DNA of 64,000 nucleotides, taken from the NCBI GenBank assembly GCA_977017645.1, contig OZ360220.1, positions 289,602,001 through 289,666,000 of the forward strand, read 5' to 3'. The DNA comes from Torpedo marmorata. Lineage: Eukaryota. The notes under the pieces were generated by a model that did not search any database, was not told the DNA's origin, and saw only the letters and a list, made by a program, of their open reading frames with translations. Below, one piece after another: positions 25,870 through 39,477 of this stretch (position 1 is the stretch's first letter; every line of letters starts with the position of its first letter). The translations under genes were made by a program, and so were the position numbers.

Positions 25870-27793
25870 CAGTGAGGGGTAGGTCGTGCCGCATGAGCCT
25901 AATTGAGTTTTTTTTTTAGGAAGTAATAAAATAAATTAATGAAGGTAGGGCAGCGGACGTGGTGTGTATGGATTTTAGTAAGGCATTTGACAAGGTCCCA
26001 TATGATGGACTCATTCAGAAAGTCATGCAGCATGGGATCCATGGAACCTTGGCTGTGTGGATTCAGAATTGGCTTACCTGCAGAAAGCAGAGGATAGTAG
26101 TGGATGGAATGTATTCTGCTTGGAGGTTAATGATTTGTGGAGTTCTGCAAGGACTTGTGGAGTTCTGCGAGGGCTCAGTAGTGGAGAGGGTCAAGAACTT
26201 CAAATTCCTGGATGTCAACATCTCCGAGGATCTGTCCTGGAGCCTCCACGTCGATGCAATCACAAAGAAGACTTGCCAGTGGCTATACTTTGTGAGGTGT
26301 CTGAGGAGATTCTGTATGTCACCGAAGACTCTTGAAAACTTCTACAGCTGTACCGTGGGGAGCATTCTGGCTGGTTGCATCACTGTCTGGTATGGACGTG
26401 CCAACTCCCAGGACAAGAATAAACTCCAGAGGGTTGTTAACTCAGCCTGCGACATCATCGGCACCAGACTTCACTCCATCAAGGACATCTACATGAGGCG
26501 GTGTCTTAAAAAAGCAGCCTCTATCCTCAAAGACCCCCACCACCCAGGCCATGCCCTCTTCACTCTGCTACCATCGGGAAAAAGGTACAGGAGCCTAAAG
26601 ACGAGCACTCAACAGCACAAGGACAGCTTCTTCCCCACTGCCATCAGGTTCCTGAATAATCAATAAACCAAAGACACTGCCTTACTTTTTCGTGCACTAT
26701 TTTTTTTTAATTTATTGTTGTAAGGTGGTGTATATGAAAGTTTGCACTATGATGCTGCTGCAAAGCACCAAATTTCGTGACTTGTTCATGACAATAAATT
26801 CTGATTCGGATCTGTTCTGGGACCCCTGCTCTTCGTGATTTTTATAAATGACCTGGATGAAGAAGTAGAGGGATGGGTCAGTAAGTTTGCGGATGATATG
26901 AAGGTTGGAGTTGTTGTGGATAGTGCAGAAGGTTGTGAAAGGTTACAACAGGATATGGACAGGATGCAGGGTTGGGAGGAAAAGTGGCAGATGGTATTCA
27001 ATCAGGATAAGTGTGAAGTGATGCATTTTGGAGGGTCAAACGTGAAGGCAGAGAACATGGTTAATGGCAAGATTCTTAACAGTGTGGAAGAACAGAGGGA
27101 CCTTGGGGTCCAAATCCACAGATCTCTCAGGGTTGCCATGCAGATTGATAGTGTAGTTAAGAAGGTTTATGGTGTGCTGGCCTGCATTAGTCGGAGGATT
27201 GAGTTCAAGAGTTGTGAGGTAACGTTGCAGATCTATAAAACTCTGGTTTGATCACACTTGGAATATTGTGTTCAGTTCTGGTTGCCTCATTACAGGAAGG
27301 ATGTGGAAGTTATAGAGAGGGTGCAGAGGAGATTTATCAGGATGGAGAACGTGGCTTATGAGGCAAGGTTAACAGAGCTAGAGCTTTCCTCTTTGCAGCA
27401 AGGAAAGATGAGAGGTAACTTAATAGAGGTTTATAAAATTTTGAAAAGAATAGATAGGGTGGACAACCACACCTTTTTCCTGGGGCAAGAGCAGCAAACA
27501 CCAGAGGATATCTGCACAGGATGAGTGGAGGAAAGTTTAGGGGAGACGACAGGGGTAAGTTTTTTTATGCCGAGTAGTGGGTGCCTGAAATGCAATGGCA
27601 GGGGTGGTGGTGGAGGCTGGTACAATAGGAACATTTTTTAAAAATTCTCAAATGGGCTCATAGATATAAGAAAAACAGAAGGATATGGGTGTGAGGTAGG
27701 AAAGGTTTCGTTTATTGAGTAGGTTGAGTAGGTCAGCACAACATCACGAGCCATTGGGCCTGTACTCTACTTTAATGTTCTTGTTCTATGTTA
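25870..27793 (+). mobile_element. CR1 LINE fragment interrupted by a Rex1 copy
   Basis: MDFSKAFDKVP...GVLQG, then after the insert SVLGPLLFVIFINDLD, SKFADD and LEYCVQFW. Confidence 0.9.
26154..26807 (+). mobile_element. Rex1/Babar LINE 3' fragment (same family as 2399-2979)
   Basis: VERVKNFKFL, NFYSCTVGSIL, LLPSGKRYRS, and tail GACAATAAATTCTGATTC. Confidence 0.85.
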
Positions 27794-28049
27794 AATAATG
27801 GTAGTATTGAAAGGTGAGAAGCTACAGCAAGATTACAGGACATATCAAAAACACCAATGGGAGCAGACAAAGACAACTTGGATTTCAGGAAGAGACAAAC
27901 ATTTAGAGTTATTTGAGGATACCACAATGAATATGGGAATACCAGTGGGTGTAATGTACTTTGATTTTCAAAAGTTTTTGATCAACTCCCACATGAAAGG
28001 TCACTGTGTAAAACTAAACTGGAATTTGTTGGAAATAATTTTGTTATCT

Positions 28050-28972
28050 GTATGAATAGTTGTCTATATTAACAATTTGGATTGCAATGTAGTTAACACT
28101 ATTGGTACATTTGCAGATGACACCAACATTGGTGGTGTAGTGGACAATGAGGAAGGATGTCTTAGTTCACAACAAGAGCAAGATCAGCTGGGAAGGTGGG
28201 CCAAGGAAAAGCAAACGGAATTTAACTCTGATAAATGTGAGGTGTTGCGCTTTGGTAAGTCAAACCAGGGAAGGACTTGTACAGTAAATAGCAAGGCCCT
28301 GGAGAGTGTTGGAGAACAGAGATCCAAGGGGCGGATGTGCAGTTTCCCAAAAGTGGCGACTCAGGTGGACAGGGTGATGAATTAGGCATTGGGCAAGGTA
28401 ATGAGTACAACATTTTCCACCTCGTGATACAGCTGTATAAGGTGTTGGAGAAACCACACATGAACTACATTGTGCAGTTCTGCTCACCCAGATCTAGGAA
28501 GGGCATCAATAATTTGGTATGGGTGCAGATGAGATTCACCAGGTTGTGGCCAGGACTGGAGGGCTTGAGTTATAGGAAAAGGTTAGGTTGGCTAGGTCCA
28601 TTCTCTGGAGTGTTGGAGGCTGAGTGGTGACCTTACAGAGGTTTATAAAATCATCAGGGGCATGGATAAAGTAAATACTCCCCAGGGCAGACAATTCTAG
28701 ACCTAGAAGACATATGTTAAAGCAAAGAGAGAAGAGAGTTAAGAGGGATATGGTGGGCAACTTTTTCACTCAATGGGTAGTCCGTATCTAGAACAAGCTG
28801 CCAGAGGAAGCTATAGAAACAGGTACAATTACAATATTCAGAAGGGATGTAAATAGAAATGGATAGAAAGGGCTAAGGGCCATTTGCAGACAAACAGGAG
28901 TTACTCAGAATAACAACTTGGTTGGCTTGGATGAGTTGGGCCAAATGGCCTACTTCATGCTGTTTGACTCTC
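28050..28972 (+). mobile_element. CR1 fragment, degenerate
   Basis: FADDTNIGG, FNSDKCEVL.FG, VQFCSP. Confidence 0.8.
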
Positions 28973-29109
28973 AGTTGAAAATTGGTTAACAAACAAGAAA
29001 TTAGAAGTTGAATAATTAGGTCTTTTTGGGGATGCAGCAGTAACTAGTGGACAGGATTAGTGCTGGGGCTGTTGTGTGTACTTATGGTTTTCTTACCTAT
29101 GAAAGTATA

Positions 29110-29765
29110 TAATTTCCATAGAGGGAGTGCATCAAGTGTTCACCAGACTGATTCATGGGAATGGCAGCTCAGCAATTTAATGATAGATTAAGTTGTCTAG
29201 ATGTGTTCTCACCAGGTTTAGTAAAGTGGGAGAGGATCTAATAGAAACCTATAAAATTCTGATAAGTCAAAACTGCCCGGATGTGGGGAGGAAGTGTCGC
29301 TTAGATGCTTTTGGCTGCTTCCTTTTTATAGAGGAGGTGGAGAGATTAGCTCCACCTCTGTGTCTACCTCCTAGGCGTTTTGGATTACACTTTGCCAATT
29401 CGCCATCTGCCTTTTTATAAAGGTAAGTGAGGCGACTTAAAGACAGAAATGTTCTGTCTTTACAGTCGCTTTCTTTGCAGTATAAAAGGGGCTATAGTGT
29501 CTAGAAAGAGGGGTCACAATCTCAGGTTACAAAGCAAGAGATATAGGATTGAAAGGAAGAAAAAGTTCTTCCCTCAGAGACTGGTGAAACTGGAATGTTT
29601 TACCACTGTGGAGTCCAAGGCACTGGATTATTTTAAGAAGGAAAGAGATACATTCTGGACTCTGAGCATTGGGGGTATGGAGAGAGAGTATTCATATGAT
29701 ATTGAGATTTATGTTTGTTTTGAATTATGAAATAGGCCCAAATGCCAACACTTGATTTCTATGTT
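29110..29765 (+). mobile_element. CR1 3' fragment, degenerate, with an insert of about 200 bp
   Basis: DLIETYKIL and RGHNLRL...FFPQR remnants. Confidence 0.6.
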
Positions 29766-31336
29766 TCATTAATAATGATGCAATATAGATTAAACTTCTG
29801 GAGATGAAGAATGGGCTATGTGAATAAAAACCTCTATCAGGAAATGGGAGACATTTGCTGTCACTTCTTATGCATAAAGGGTGCATAAAAAATTATTTTT
29901 AAAACATTGCTTGTTTTCACCCATTTCTTGTTGAACTCCTAGCTATCCATTCATTTGTCATGGCTTGTCTTGTTATGGATTCCCTTACCTCAATGTCAGT
30001 TCTCCATCTTATTTTCTGTTGACGTCATCAACACACACCATGACCATTGATTACTTACCAATGGAAACTGTATGAAAAGGTCATGACTTAAAACCTCATT
30101 ATTAGTTCACAGTTCAACCTGAAATACACATGATGCATGATCTGGATATCATCGTCATGTTTTAAAAATCAAGCCCTGGAATGTTTATTTCCATATAACA
30201 TTTTGCTGGCAGCCCGTGATACTGATCCCTCAGCATGAATCGTGGTGCTACTCCAGATCGTAGGTCATGACCATAGGCCACAATCTCTCCAGTCTATGCT
30301 CTAGGGAAGAGCTATATGCCTGTTACACCCCACTCCTGCACAGTATTCCCACATCACACATGTGCTTTTCCTGACCTCCAATGCATCCTCCATTGTAATA
30401 GTGCTGACGCATTTCCTGTAGATCAGCACATGAATGCTGTTATCGATGAGTGGCTTGCAAGAGCAGTGAATATGAAATGCTCTCAGAAGGTTTTAACCCA
30501 ACATAAAGGAAATAAGCCACAAGCACATTCTGACTTCATGTTGACCTAATTTGACACCAACACTGCCCATGGTGCCTGTTCAATGAAACAAATAGGAGGG
30601 ACTTAATTTTGTACCTTCTTTTGTAGCCATCAGAGGTGACAGATACAGACACTGGGTTGATAGATGTATTCCTTTTCCCAGGAATAGAAAAGTCAAGTCA
30701 AGTCACCTTTATTTGTCGTTCATTACCATATACACAGTAAGATGAGATAGCATTTCTCCAGGACCATGGAGAAATTGCATAGTACCATGCAGTTACTATA
30801 TCTAAGAGAGAAAATCATTTTTTTCTGGTGGAATGTGATTATGATGATTTCCAGGTTGAATTAAGGTCTGGAAGGTCAGCTAGTGGATCTGAGGCATGCC
30901 AGTCATTGGATCTGCAGCAGAATGATTTAGAGCAGGTCTTTTCTGACAATTTGATCCAGGTAGGTCCCAAGTAAATTATTTAACTGCACTCCTTCAAAGA
31001 TTCACTCAATGATTCGACCTAATACCGACCTCCTCACTCACACCCAGTTTATGACTCTCAACCCCCCAGGCCACAATTCACAAATCAAATCACCCAACTC
31101 CTGAACCCCCAAGCCTGAGTTCACAACCACTAATTCCTGTCTGGATGTTCAGATGCCAAAACCCCCCAGTATTCCCCTCCTACCACAGAGCCCAAAGGTA
31201 AACATCTCTGGCGTCTCCAGAACACCAGCCATGCATCCCACCATTCTAGCAACGATTTGAGGTCCTAACCTCCAATTGGCAACCATCACTCCCTGAAAAC
31301 TCCACTCTGCTCGTAGAACCATCTACTACATTCTAC

Positions 31337-34300
31337 AGTTTATAGCGAGCGTGGAAAAACGGTAGCGGCAATAAAACAATTACGCGCACAATTTATAGCA
31401 AGCATGGGAAAGTCACACCGGCAATAAAACACACGCGCACAATTTATAGACGAACGTGGGAAAATCGCACCAGCGATGAAATACACACACATACAACGAA
31501 CTGGGTACATACAACAATCAAGGAAAAACCAATACAATACCCGCCACCCTTTGACTCAGTGCAGGCACGGCTCTATGTTACTTGGGACACTAATTAAATG
31601 CTCCCAACCCTTTAACAGTGCACATCTTACCAACAATTTCTCCAGCGCCCTTCCACGGTTCTAGGCCTGGAGTGAAGCAGGGTGGTTCCAAGATGGTAAA
31701 GAGGGCGATTCGAGTACACGTGGTGCCCTTTATAGTGCTGGGTGGCTGGGGGAGTCCAGCCCAGGTCGTTTACAGGGGGCCAATGGCTTGGTGCCAGCAA
31801 GGTTAATCCGATTACAACAGCCAATGGCCCAAGGCCAAGTACAGGCGGGCTGGAGAGTCCAGCCCAGGTAATTTACAGGGGGCCAATGGCTTGGTGCCAG
31901 AAAGGTTAAGCCGATTACAAAGGCCAATGGCCCAAGGCCAAGTACAAAGGAATTTAAATTGGCCAACGACAAGGTGTGCACTAATTGGTGGGGTGGGGCC
32001 AAACCTTGATTGGCAGGTGGTGTGTCTTCCAACCAGGTCACATGACAGCATGACCCTTTACAATACAATACACCCCTCGGAAGTCACACCACTCACCAAT
32101 CATTATGAAGACAATCAATACCTCTATGTATATGTTATAAGTAAAAACAAAAAGACGTGTTCAAAAAAAAAACAATACTAATCAAGCGGGTCAATATATA
32201 CACGTGCCTTCCGTGTGCTGGACAAGGCACAGTCAAATTCAATGACAACGCCTCACCAGCCCCCCCCCCCCACCCCCCACCCAAACTAAACAGGGTCAGT
32301 GTGTTACCAATGGAGCAGGGTGCTGTGGGAGCTGCTCCCCAGTGTTGGAGAGGAGGGTAGAAAAAGGAATGTGTCTGGTCACCGACTCGTATGCCTGGTT
32401 TCTCCGGCTTGGTTGGCAAATGTGAGCACCCTTACCACGAACGTCTGCGAGCAGGCAGTGCAAGGTCATCCATCAGGTGCCAGAACTGTCTTGGCTTGCG
32501 CATCCCACGCCTTGGCCTCACGCTTGGGTGCTCCCTAAGCACAGATCCCAGATGCACGTCACCGTGCTATCCCATGGTGAGGCAGGGGGCAGGCCGGCAG
32601 GTATACATCCCAGGGTGTACCAGGGGTGCCCTTTTATTCTGGGCTGGCGTTTGACACCAGGATGCCTTTCCTGCTCATGTTCTCTTTCAACGGGTGCCCC
32701 AAGTGCCTGTGCTGGACCCCTGCAATGATAGCCAGGAGGAGTCGGGACCGAAAGCCAGCCAATTTAGTGTTTTTAAATAAAAGGTCCCGAAGCTCCCACC
32801 CCATGAGATGTTTCTCTGTTAATGGAAGTTCTGGGGTGACGCTGTCATTGTGAATCAAAATATATACAATGTTTCCTACCATGGTCTGATCAATGACGGT
32901 CTACTTATAAACTGTAACTTTGCATCTACAAATTGTAATTATGAATCTATAAATTGTAACTATGAACTCCCTGAGTGTGCTTAGAGACATTATGCAGAGT
33001 AGATACCACAGCTCAAGGTGCCATTAAAAAAAAAGTCCATTACAAAGGCTGTACTTGGAAGGTGCATAACAAAGCATGAGCCCTTGATAAACTAGAATGT
33101 CCAGTGATAACGTTTCCATGGCAACAGCTGATCACTTGCTGAGCCTTCTTTGCATGATAAGTGACAAACTGTGTCTTGTTGGTTATTGTAAAGGTGCTGG
33201 CTCTGTGTTGATAAGCGTTTTGCAGATCCTCACATCGAGAAGAGGAACAGCTTGAAGGGTAGTCTTCTCCTGTGGGGGGGGGGGGGGAAAGAGCTCAAAA
33301 GATAGATTAGTCGGGGGCCACCTCCGGTGGGGGAGGACCAGAGGGGAGGCTGGTTCAGGTCGGAGTGGGCAGCACATGGGAGGCCCCAGGGAGGGGGCTG
33401 GAGGTCTGCCACCCTGTGGGTGGATTGTCCTGCTGGCAGAGATGAGACATTTCCTTATCTCAGCAGGTCTCTGAGCTCAGTCTTGAGGGCAGGAGAGATT
33501 GTTTCAAGTGGGGGAGGGCAAGAGGCAGTGTCAGTGCGTCTCAGGCGGGACGTAATCAGCCAGAAGGCACCCCTTTGACTCGCCTTAGCCTTGAGGAAAC
33601 CCGAATTCTTAACGAGGGAGACCAAGTGGTGCCCCAGTTTCTCACCACGCGGGTCTAACTGCTCAGACCAGTCCACTGGTTTACCGTGGTCCGCCAGCAT
33701 GCTGGCCAAATCCCTCCCTCTCGTCGGTCCACACGGGAATCCTATCCTCGGTGCCTGCACTGGCTTTCTTGCCTGTTCCACAACATCCCTCCCCGCGTCT
33801 GTGTTCAGCCAAGACCTTTGAGACCCTGCTCGCAGCGCTAATTGTTATGAGTGAGAAAACAGATTCGATGGGTCTCATAAGCAAGGACTCTGAATGCAGT
33901 TTTGTAGTAAATGATTTTATTTACAAAAAAACGGGCGTGGGAAAATGGTAACGGGGATAACACATATACACAGTTTATAGCGAGCATGGGAAAGCGGTAG
34001 CGGCAATAAAACACATACGCGCACAATTTATAGCGAGCGTGGGAAAGTTGCACCGGCAATAAAACACACGCATTCACGCTTGGGAAAATCACACCGGCAA
34101 TGAAACATGTGTACAATTTATAGACGAACGTGGGAAAATCGCACCGTGGATGAAATACACACACAATGAACTGGGTACATACAAAAATCAAGGAAAAACC
34201 AATACGATACCCGCCACCCCTTGACTCAGTGCAGGCACGGCTCTATGCTACTAGGGACACGAATTAAACACTCCCAACCCTTTAACAGTGCACATCTTAC

Positions 34301-34735
34301 CAACAATTTATCCAGTGCCGTTCCATGGTTCTAGGACTGGAGTGAAGCAGGGTGGTCCCAAGATGGCAAAGAGGGCAATTCGAGTACACGTGGCACCCTT
34401 TATAGTGCTGGAGGCCTGGGGGGTCCAGCCCAGGTCGTTTACAGGGGGCCAATGGCTCGGTGCCAGCAAGGTTAATCCGATTACAACAGCCAATGGCCCA
34501 AGACCAAGTACAGGCGGGTTGGAGAGTCCAGCCCAGGTAATGTACAGGGGCCAATGGTTCAGTGCCAGCAAGGTTAGGCTGATTACAAAGGCCAATGGCC
34601 CAAGGCCTAGTACAAAGGAATTTAAATTGGCCAACGGCAAGGTGTGCACTAATTGATGGGGCAGAGCTAAACCTTGATTGGCAGGTGGTGTGTCTTCTGA
34701 CCAGGTCACATGACAGCACGACCCTTCACAATACA
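31337..34735 (-). mobile_element. Non-autonomous LTR element, about 3.4 kb
   Basis: 5' LTR 34735-33843 (TG...CA). 3' LTR 32072-31337 lacks its last ~130 bp. TCTAC flanks both ends (31332-31336, 34736-34740). tRNA-Ser-like PBS present; no pol motifs recognised inside. Confidence 0.8.
33823..33840 (-). promoter_or_regulatory. Primer binding site, tRNA-Ser-like
   Basis: TAGCGCTGCGAGCAGGGT 2 nt after the LTR CA. Matches 16/18 to the recalled tRNA-Ser(TGA) complement TGGCGCAGCGAGCAGGGT. Confidence 0.7.
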
Positions 34736-34989
34736 TCTACCCAGAACCCTTCTTTCTCTCTTCTGGGCTCCTCCAGAGAAAATTAATGTGTTTTCAGACA
34801 AAATATTATTGCAAAAGGGTCCATTATATGCAGTAAATATAGGTAAATGGCTTCAAGCAGACTCGCTGCAGTTATGTGCTATCTGCCACATGGTGAAATA
34901 AATGGGACTCAACTATAACTGATTGCTCAACAAATCTATAAGCAAAAGCTGATCACTTTACGTTGATCAGGAGAAAAGCTCTGTTAAGA

Positions 34990-35458
34990 TTTCCTCACGA
35001 GTTTGCAGAGGTTTGGAATGACATCGGAAACACTGGCAAATTTCTACAGATGTGTGGTGGAAAGTGTGCTGACCGGCTGCATCACACCATGGGGACACCA
35101 ATACCCCTGAGCGTAAAGCCCTGCAAAAGGTAGTGGACAGAGCCCAGGACATCACAGGCAAAACCCTCCCCACCACCGAGTACATCGACAGGGAACGCTG
35201 CCGGCGGAGAGCAGCAGCAATCATTCAAGGATCCACATCACTCTTCTCGCTGCTACCATCAGGAAAGCAGTATAAGTACCACAAGACTCACACCAACAAG
35301 TCCAGAACAGCTGCTACCCTCCACCATCAGACTCCTCAACAACAAACTCAATCAGGGACTCATTTAAGGACTCTTACCTTTGCACTTTATTGATTTTTTT
35401 CTCTGTATTGTACTGTCAGTTTGTTTACATTTCTTTATTTGTTTACACGTAAACGATT
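34990..35458 (+). mobile_element. Rex1/Babar LINE fragment, host of the nest; its tail resumes at 61066-61171
   Basis: NFYRCVVESVLTGCIT, AQDITG and LLPSGKQY. The tail GAATCTC...AATAAATCTGAACTTT at 61128-61171 matches the reversed tail at 23818-23885. Confidence 0.75.
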
Positions 35459-35618
35459 TGTTACAAACTCAAACCAGCAACGACAGAAGACGCAATGCAA
35501 AGGGGTTAAAATTTAAATTTATATTTATTAAAGACAATTCAATATATAACTTCTTAACGATTAACCCCACTATAAATGTCTATAACAACTATTCAGTTAT
35601 CAAATACTTATCTAAAGT

Positions 35619-35654
<36 letters not shown>

Positions 35655-36341
35655 AGCCCAAACCATTACAGTCTGTGATCAACCGTCATGTAAAAATGGA
35701 AAACCTTCCCCAAAACCCCAGGTCAGTCATAAAAATAATTCAGTCCCAAAAATACAGTCCACAAAAGTCACTCTCTATGTTCAGGGTCCAAATTCAGATC
35801 TGTGTGCTGGCACAAAGGACTTCTTAATGAACATTGGAGAGAGAGAGAGAGAGAGAGAGACACTGACTGTATTAAGCTTATGAATGCTTGGTCTGCTATA
35901 TGCTTCCGATGACTTTCCTTTTGTAGGTGCACGAGGGTTGCTGTTCAAATGAGTGTTCCACTGATGAAGGTGTGTACGTGGATCTCACATCCCGTCTAGC
36001 TGATCTCATGCCTGTTATCCAAGAAAGTTGCTTTAAATCAGTATTTTACTGATAAAGGAGGCCATGTGCTCCACAGCCTTTCTAGCTAGAATGCAAAGCC
36101 TCTGTTTTTGCTGTTCTCTCTCTAGCCATTGCAACTCCACTGACTGCTTTTGCAGAGTTTTGCACCTGCAACAAAGTATATTTTTCACAGCCTGTCTCTC
36201 TCTCTATGTGTGTCTCTCTCTGAGCACAGCCAGCCCTGGGCAAGTTAACTCTTTCAGTACCTGGTCCCAGTGTGTACTCAAAAGACTTCATCCTTCCTGC
36301 TGACCACCCGCAGTCCAAATGGTCAGTCATGGTCCATAACA
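35459..36341 (-). repeat. 3' LTR of Gmr1-B
   Basis: TGTTATGGACC...TAACA on the minus strand. Homologous to 51264-52056 plus 60994-61065. Contains (GT)n and (GA)n tracts. Confidence 0.9.
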
Positions 36342-36463
36342 CCTCCCAACCACAAGGAAACTTTTGGTCTGCATGAACAAAATTTTGGAAATTAATTGTG
36401 GTGTCACAATATAAACAAAACCCACAATGTTCATCCACAAACACAAAAATATGAACTATTTTC

Positions 36464-39400
36464 TTTTTCTTTTTTTTATTAAATATTTTATTTTAAATTT
36501 TTAAATCACAAAATACATAAAATAAAATACAAAATTATCAAAATACATGTGATACATTTTCACCACCCCCCCTCCCTCCCCTCCCTAACCCTCCCACCCC
36601 TACTAATCTACTAAAAGGGTGGACTTGGGAGAGCCAGTGGATGTGGTGTATTTGGACTTCCAGAAGGCCTTTGATAAGGTACCGCACGGGAGACTAGTGG
36701 GCAAGATCAGGGAGCATGGTATTGAAGGTAAGGTGCTGACATGGATAGGAAGTTGGTTAAGAAATAGGAAACAAAGGGTTGGGGTAAGCGGGTCTTTTTC
36801 AGGATGGCAGGATGTGACGAGTGGAGTGCCGCAGGGATCGGTGTTGGGTCCTCAGTTGTTTGTCATTTATGTAAATGATTTGGATGATGGGATTATTAAT
36901 AACATGAGCAAATTTGCAGATGACACTAAACTGGGTGGCGGTGTAAAGTGTGAAGAGGATGTCAGGAAAATGCAGAGGGACTTGGACAGGTTGGGGGAGT
37001 GGGCTGAAGAATGGAAGATGAAGTTCAATGTGAGCAAATGTGAGGTTATCCATTTTGGGGGCAGAAATAGGAAAGCTGAGTATTATTTTTAAATGGAGAC
37101 AAGCTAGGGAGTGGGGAAGTGCAAATGGATCTGGGTGTACTTGTTCACCGGTCACTGAAGGCTAACATGCAGGTTCAGAAAGCTGTGAAGAAGGCAAATG
37201 GCATGTTGGCTTTCATAAAGAGGGGATTGGAGTATAGGAGCAGAGACGCCCTTCTGCAGTTGTACAGGGCCCTGGTGAGACCCCACCTGGAGTATTGCGT
37301 CCAATTCTGGTCTCCAAATTTGAGGAAGGACATACTAGCTATAGAGGGTGTGCAGCGCAGATTTACAAGGTTAGTTCCAGGGATGGCAGGGTTGACATAT
37401 GCTGAAAGGTTAGAAAAACTGGACTTATATCCGATGGAGTTTAGAAGGATGAGGGGGGACATGATTGAGGTATACAAAATTATCAAGGGGATAGACAGGG
37501 TGAAGTCAGATTACTTGTTCCCAATGATGGGAGAGACGAGGACTAGAGGGCATAGTTTAAGAATACAGGGAAGGCCCTTTAGGACGGAGATGAGGAAAAA
37601 ATTTTATACCCAGAGAAGTGTGAATCTGTGGAATGCTCTGCCACAGAGGGTGGTAGAGGCAGATTCGCTGATTATGTTCAAAAGAGAGTTAGATAAGACT
37701 CTAGTGGGCAGAGGAGTTAAGGGTTATGGGGATAAGGCTGGTAAGGGGTACTGATAGTAGTGATCAGCCATGATCTGTAAAATGGCGGTGCTGGCTCGAC
37801 GGGCCGAAGGGCCTACTCCAGCTCCTATTGTCTATTGTCTATTGTCTAAAATAAAAAATAAAAAGAAAGAAAGAAAAAGATAGAGTAAGGAGAATGTCAT
37901 AAAAAAGAACAACTATAAACTAATTTTATTGTGGAAGATAGGTTCGCCAGTCAGATCTGATATCCAAAGATCTTCAAATCCTTAAACCAACAGTTTTTAT
38001 ATATGGGCTCCATATTTTCAAAAAGAAATTATATTTATTACGTAAATTATAAGTAATTCTTTCGTGGTATACATGAACGAAGTTCTGCATGCCATTTTCT
38101 AACCCTAAATCTACATCAGATTTCCAAGTAATAGCAATGCATTTCTTAGAAACAGCTAAAACAATTCACAAAAATTCTATTTGATATATATTTAATTTCA
38201 TCTTAATACTAATTCTTTTAATATCTCCAAACAAAAATATCATAGGGTCCATTGGAAGTGTAATACTTAATACCTTATCTAACAAAAATTTAACTTTCAA
38301 CCAAAAATCATATATCTTTGAACAAAACCATGAAGAATGTACAAAAGAACCTTCCTCTCTATAACATCTAAAACATAAACCTGATAATGTTAAATTAAAT
38401 TTATTTAATTTTTTAGGCGTTAAATATAATTGCTGAAAAAAATTATATTGAACTAATCTATATCTAACGTTAATAATCTTCATCATACTTTGTTTACATA
38501 ATTCTTTCCAATGTTCTTCATCTATTGTTACATTCAAATCTGATTCCCATTTTAATCTTGATTTCTGAATTCCTAATTTAGGCATTTTCCTCTGTAACAA
38601 TCTATACATTTGAGAAATAAATTTATTTACACCTCCATTAGTAACTAATAATTCCAGTTCACTCTGTCTTGGTAAAGTCAAACTATAACCCAACTTTCCA
38701 ACAAAAAATGCTCTAATTTGATAATAAGCAAAAAGTGTATTATTCAATACATTAAACTTATCTTTCATTCTTTGAAAAGTAATAAATTTACTAGCTTCAA
38801 AACAATCATTTATTTTCTTAATTCCCTTTTGGAACCAAATTTTAAATAATTGATTATCAACAGTAAATGGAATAAGTTTATTTTGATATAAAGGCATTTT
38901 TCGAGATATCGACCCTTTCCCTCCTATCTCCCTATCCACTCTATTCCATATTTCTAACAAATGTTTAAAAATAGGAGAATTCTTCCCTCTTGTTAATAAT
39001 AATTTAGAATTCCATTTATAAATAGCTTCTTCTTTCAAATCTTCTCCTATATTATTTAGTTCTATTCTAATCCAAGCAGAAGACTTACCTAAATCAAACA
39101 TTTCATTAACAAATTTTAATTAAGCTGCTTTATAATAATTTTGAAAATTAGGAAGTTGTAAACCACCCATTTCATAATTCCAAGTTAATTTCTCCATACC
39201 TACTCTAGCAAACTTTCCTTTCCACAAAAACTTCCTAATAATTAAATTTAAATCCTTAAATAATTTCGAAGGGATTTCGTAAAGAATTGATTGAAAAAGA
39301 TATTGAATTCTTGGAAAGACATTCATTTTAATACAGTTTACCCTTCCTATTAAAGTTACAGGTAAATCCTTCCAACTTTCTAAATCTTTTTTTAATTTTG
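36464..39400 (-). mobile_element. 5'-truncated L1 inserted in the Gmr1-B 3' UTR
   Basis: 12-bp TSD TGAACTATTTTC at 36452-36463 and 39401-39412. ORF2 remnants at 39326-38166 include CFRC..EEGSFVHSSWFC. Confidence 0.9.
36617..37845 (+). mobile_element. Young 5'-truncated CR1 inserted in the L1 3' UTR
   Basis: RT ORFs 36619-37092 and 37119-37754 are separated by one frameshift in a T-run. (TCTATTG)n tail. TSD CTAAAA at 36611-36616 and 37846-37851. Confidence 0.92.
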
Positions 39401-39477
39401 TGAACTATTTTCATTTATAAAGTTTAGCATCTAGACAATCAGCGATTACATTATCCTTCCCTTTTATATGTATTATA

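Noticed and set aside
31337-31500. 61-bp repeats here and at 33930-34170 as a CRISPR-like array
   Set aside because: The units are contiguous with no unique spacers, lie inside paired LTRs, and the DNA is eukaryotic with no cas genes.
31337-34735. DIRS/Ngaro split-repeat element
   Set aside because: TG...CA ends, a tRNA PBS and a flanking duplication fit an LTR element, and no tyrosine recombinase is present.
35455-35458. TSD of Gmr1-B
   Set aside because: GATT versus GTTG (61066-61069) does not match well. LTR pairing rests on LTR similarity and continuity of the host LINE tail.
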